Assembly (NCBI GenBank): GCA_028716045.1
Contig: JAQUQO010000001.1
Coordinates: forward strand, 384,942-448,941
Reading direction: 5' to 3'
DNA: 64,000 nt
DNA from: Patescibacteria group bacterium
Lineage (GTDB): Bacteria > Patescibacteriota > Patescibacteriia > JAQUQO01
The notes under the pieces were generated by a model that was not told the origin of the DNA, searched no databases, and saw nothing but the letters and a program-made list of their open reading frames with translations. A program made the position numbers and the translations under genes. Below, piece by piece: positions 63,157 to 64,000 of the stretch. The first letter of the stretch is position 1. The number at the start of each line of letters is the position of its first letter.

Positions 63157-63396
63157 TTATTTCAAAATTTGATCTAAAAATTTTCTCCCTTGCCCTGACT
63201 TCAAAAATTTTTCTCTTTGCATGGCCTCTGCCCGCGTTAGATAATCTTCTCTATAAATTAGTTGCCACGGACGATGTCCTTTAGTAAATCTATAATCGCC
63301 CTTATTGTGACGCCGCAATCTCTCGCCGGCATCTTTTCCACTCCCGACATAACGTTTGCCATCTTTCAAACTTTTTAAAACGTAGGTTTGATACAT
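63157..63396 (-). CDS. Small stand-alone GIY-YIG nuclease (UPF0213-like)
   Basis: YQTYVLKS..GKRYVGS..ERLRRHN..TK..RPW.LIY.E....EAMQREKFLKSG. Confidence 0.92.
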   Translation of the reverse strand: MYQTYVLKSLKDGKRYVGSGKDAGERLRRHNKGDYRFTKGHRPWQLIYREDYLTRAEAMQREKFLKSGQGRKFLDQILK

Positions 63397-63412
63397 ATCA
63401 ATCTTATGGGTC

Positions 63413-63514
63413 GCTTCCTCGCCAGAGACGAGTGCGCCGAAGGCGCAAAAGGCTGCTGTCCTACCACATTTAGCCTGCCCGCGGTCGCGGGACGCGGCCA
63501 GGGACGATTCCGGA
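63413..63514 (-). pseudogene. tRNA-Gln(TTG) 5' half with hairpin insertions in the D loop and anticodon
   Basis: TCCGGAATCGTC[36 nt]TGGTAGGACAGCAGCCTTT[30 nt]GAAGC. Confidence 0.85.
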
Positions 63515-63544
63515 AGAAATAACCAACGGCTGACAGCTGCTATT

Positions 63545-63952
63545 TTATATCTTTTTTAACGCTTTGTCAATCGCTTCGTTTACCAAAAAATCAGCATCTT
63601 TGTTATCTTCTCGATAGATATGCTTAAAGGTGACTTTTTTAAAGCCCATGGTCAGATTCCAAACTTTCACAAACAACGGTGCCAAATCTTTGTCTTTTAC
63701 TTTATATTCCCTGTTCATCTGTTTAGCCACCAATTCGCTGTCCAAAAAACATTCCACTTCCACGGCTTTTAATTCTTTGGCTTTTTCTAAACCAAAAATC
63801 AGCGCTTTATATTCCGCTTGGTTATTAGTCGTTTCTCCGATATATTTCCCCGCTGACCAAAGGACTTTTTTTAAATCTTTTATTACCGCCCCAATTCCTG
63901 CCGGCCCCGGATTACCTCGCGCCCCGCCATCGGTATATACTTTTAATTTCAT
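63545..63952 (-). CDS. rnhA: Ribonuclease HI family protein
   Basis: YTDGGARGNPGPAGIG, TNNQAEY, DSELV, REDNKDAD.LVN. Confidence 0.93.
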   Translation of the reverse strand: MKLKVYTDGGARGNPGPAGIGAVIKDLKKVLWSAGKYIGETTNNQAEYKALIFGLEKAKELKAVEVECFLDSELVAKQMNREYKVKDKDLAPLFVKVWNLTMGFKKVTFKHIYREDNKDADFLVNEAIDKALKKI

Positions 63953-64000
63953 ATACTTTCGTATTATATTTTTTGTATATCCACCATCTTGAATTGCAAT

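Larger units (their letters stand above)
63024..63447 (-). mobile_element. Putative tRNA-anticodon-targeting GIY-YIG mini-element carrying a replacement tRNA
   Basis: Direct repeats with double hairpins at 63024-63053 and 63418-63447 enclose the nuclease ORF and an intact tRNA; the outer flanks are the two tRNA halves. Confidence 0.6.

Noticed and set aside
62987-63514. Group I intron with homing endonuclease in tRNA-Gln
   Set aside because: The intervening DNA is nearly all ORF plus a full tRNA, leaving no room for a ribozyme core; the 30-nt inserts are too short

Overview
64-kb chromosomal segment that looks like a Patescibacteria (CPR; Parcubacteria/ABY1-like) genome, inferred from gene content: a CPR-type pilin with a Cys-rich tail, a lone VirB4/TraD-like ATPase, Gmad2-GerMN, a half-MFS and a sigma4/alpha-CTD fusion, all in standard code 11. 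Housekeeping genes: dnaB 3' end, ybaB-recR, rplU, tgt, mraZ-rsmH-ftsL, HU, dnaX, cysS, hrcA-grpE-hsp20-dnaK-dnaJ with CIRCE, a MacAB-type ABC exporter, ftsI-murF, rarA, rlmH, xth, queH, typA, RNase HI and four tRNAs. No CRISPR, rRNA or prophage seen. Most unusual features: (1) a ~400-bp element at tRNA-Gln(TTG), made of a small GIY-YIG nuclease plus an intact inverted-repeat-framed tRNA copy, bounded by direct repeats carrying a 30-nt double hairpin in the anticodon, with a similar scar at tRNA-Pro; (2) two translation regimes, with core genes mostly lacking Shine-Dalgarno sites while about 19 mostly stand-alone accessory genes have strong AAGGAG(G) sites, most also with a consensus sigma70 promoter and terminator; (3) a transcript with two SD-led MPFL tetrapeptide minigenes beside a ~620-nt structured non-coding transcript; (4) a 26-bp palindrome abutting the -35 box of four such promoters; (5) an A9 slippage site in dnaX. 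All calls come from reading the sequence and recognising motifs; no database searches were run.
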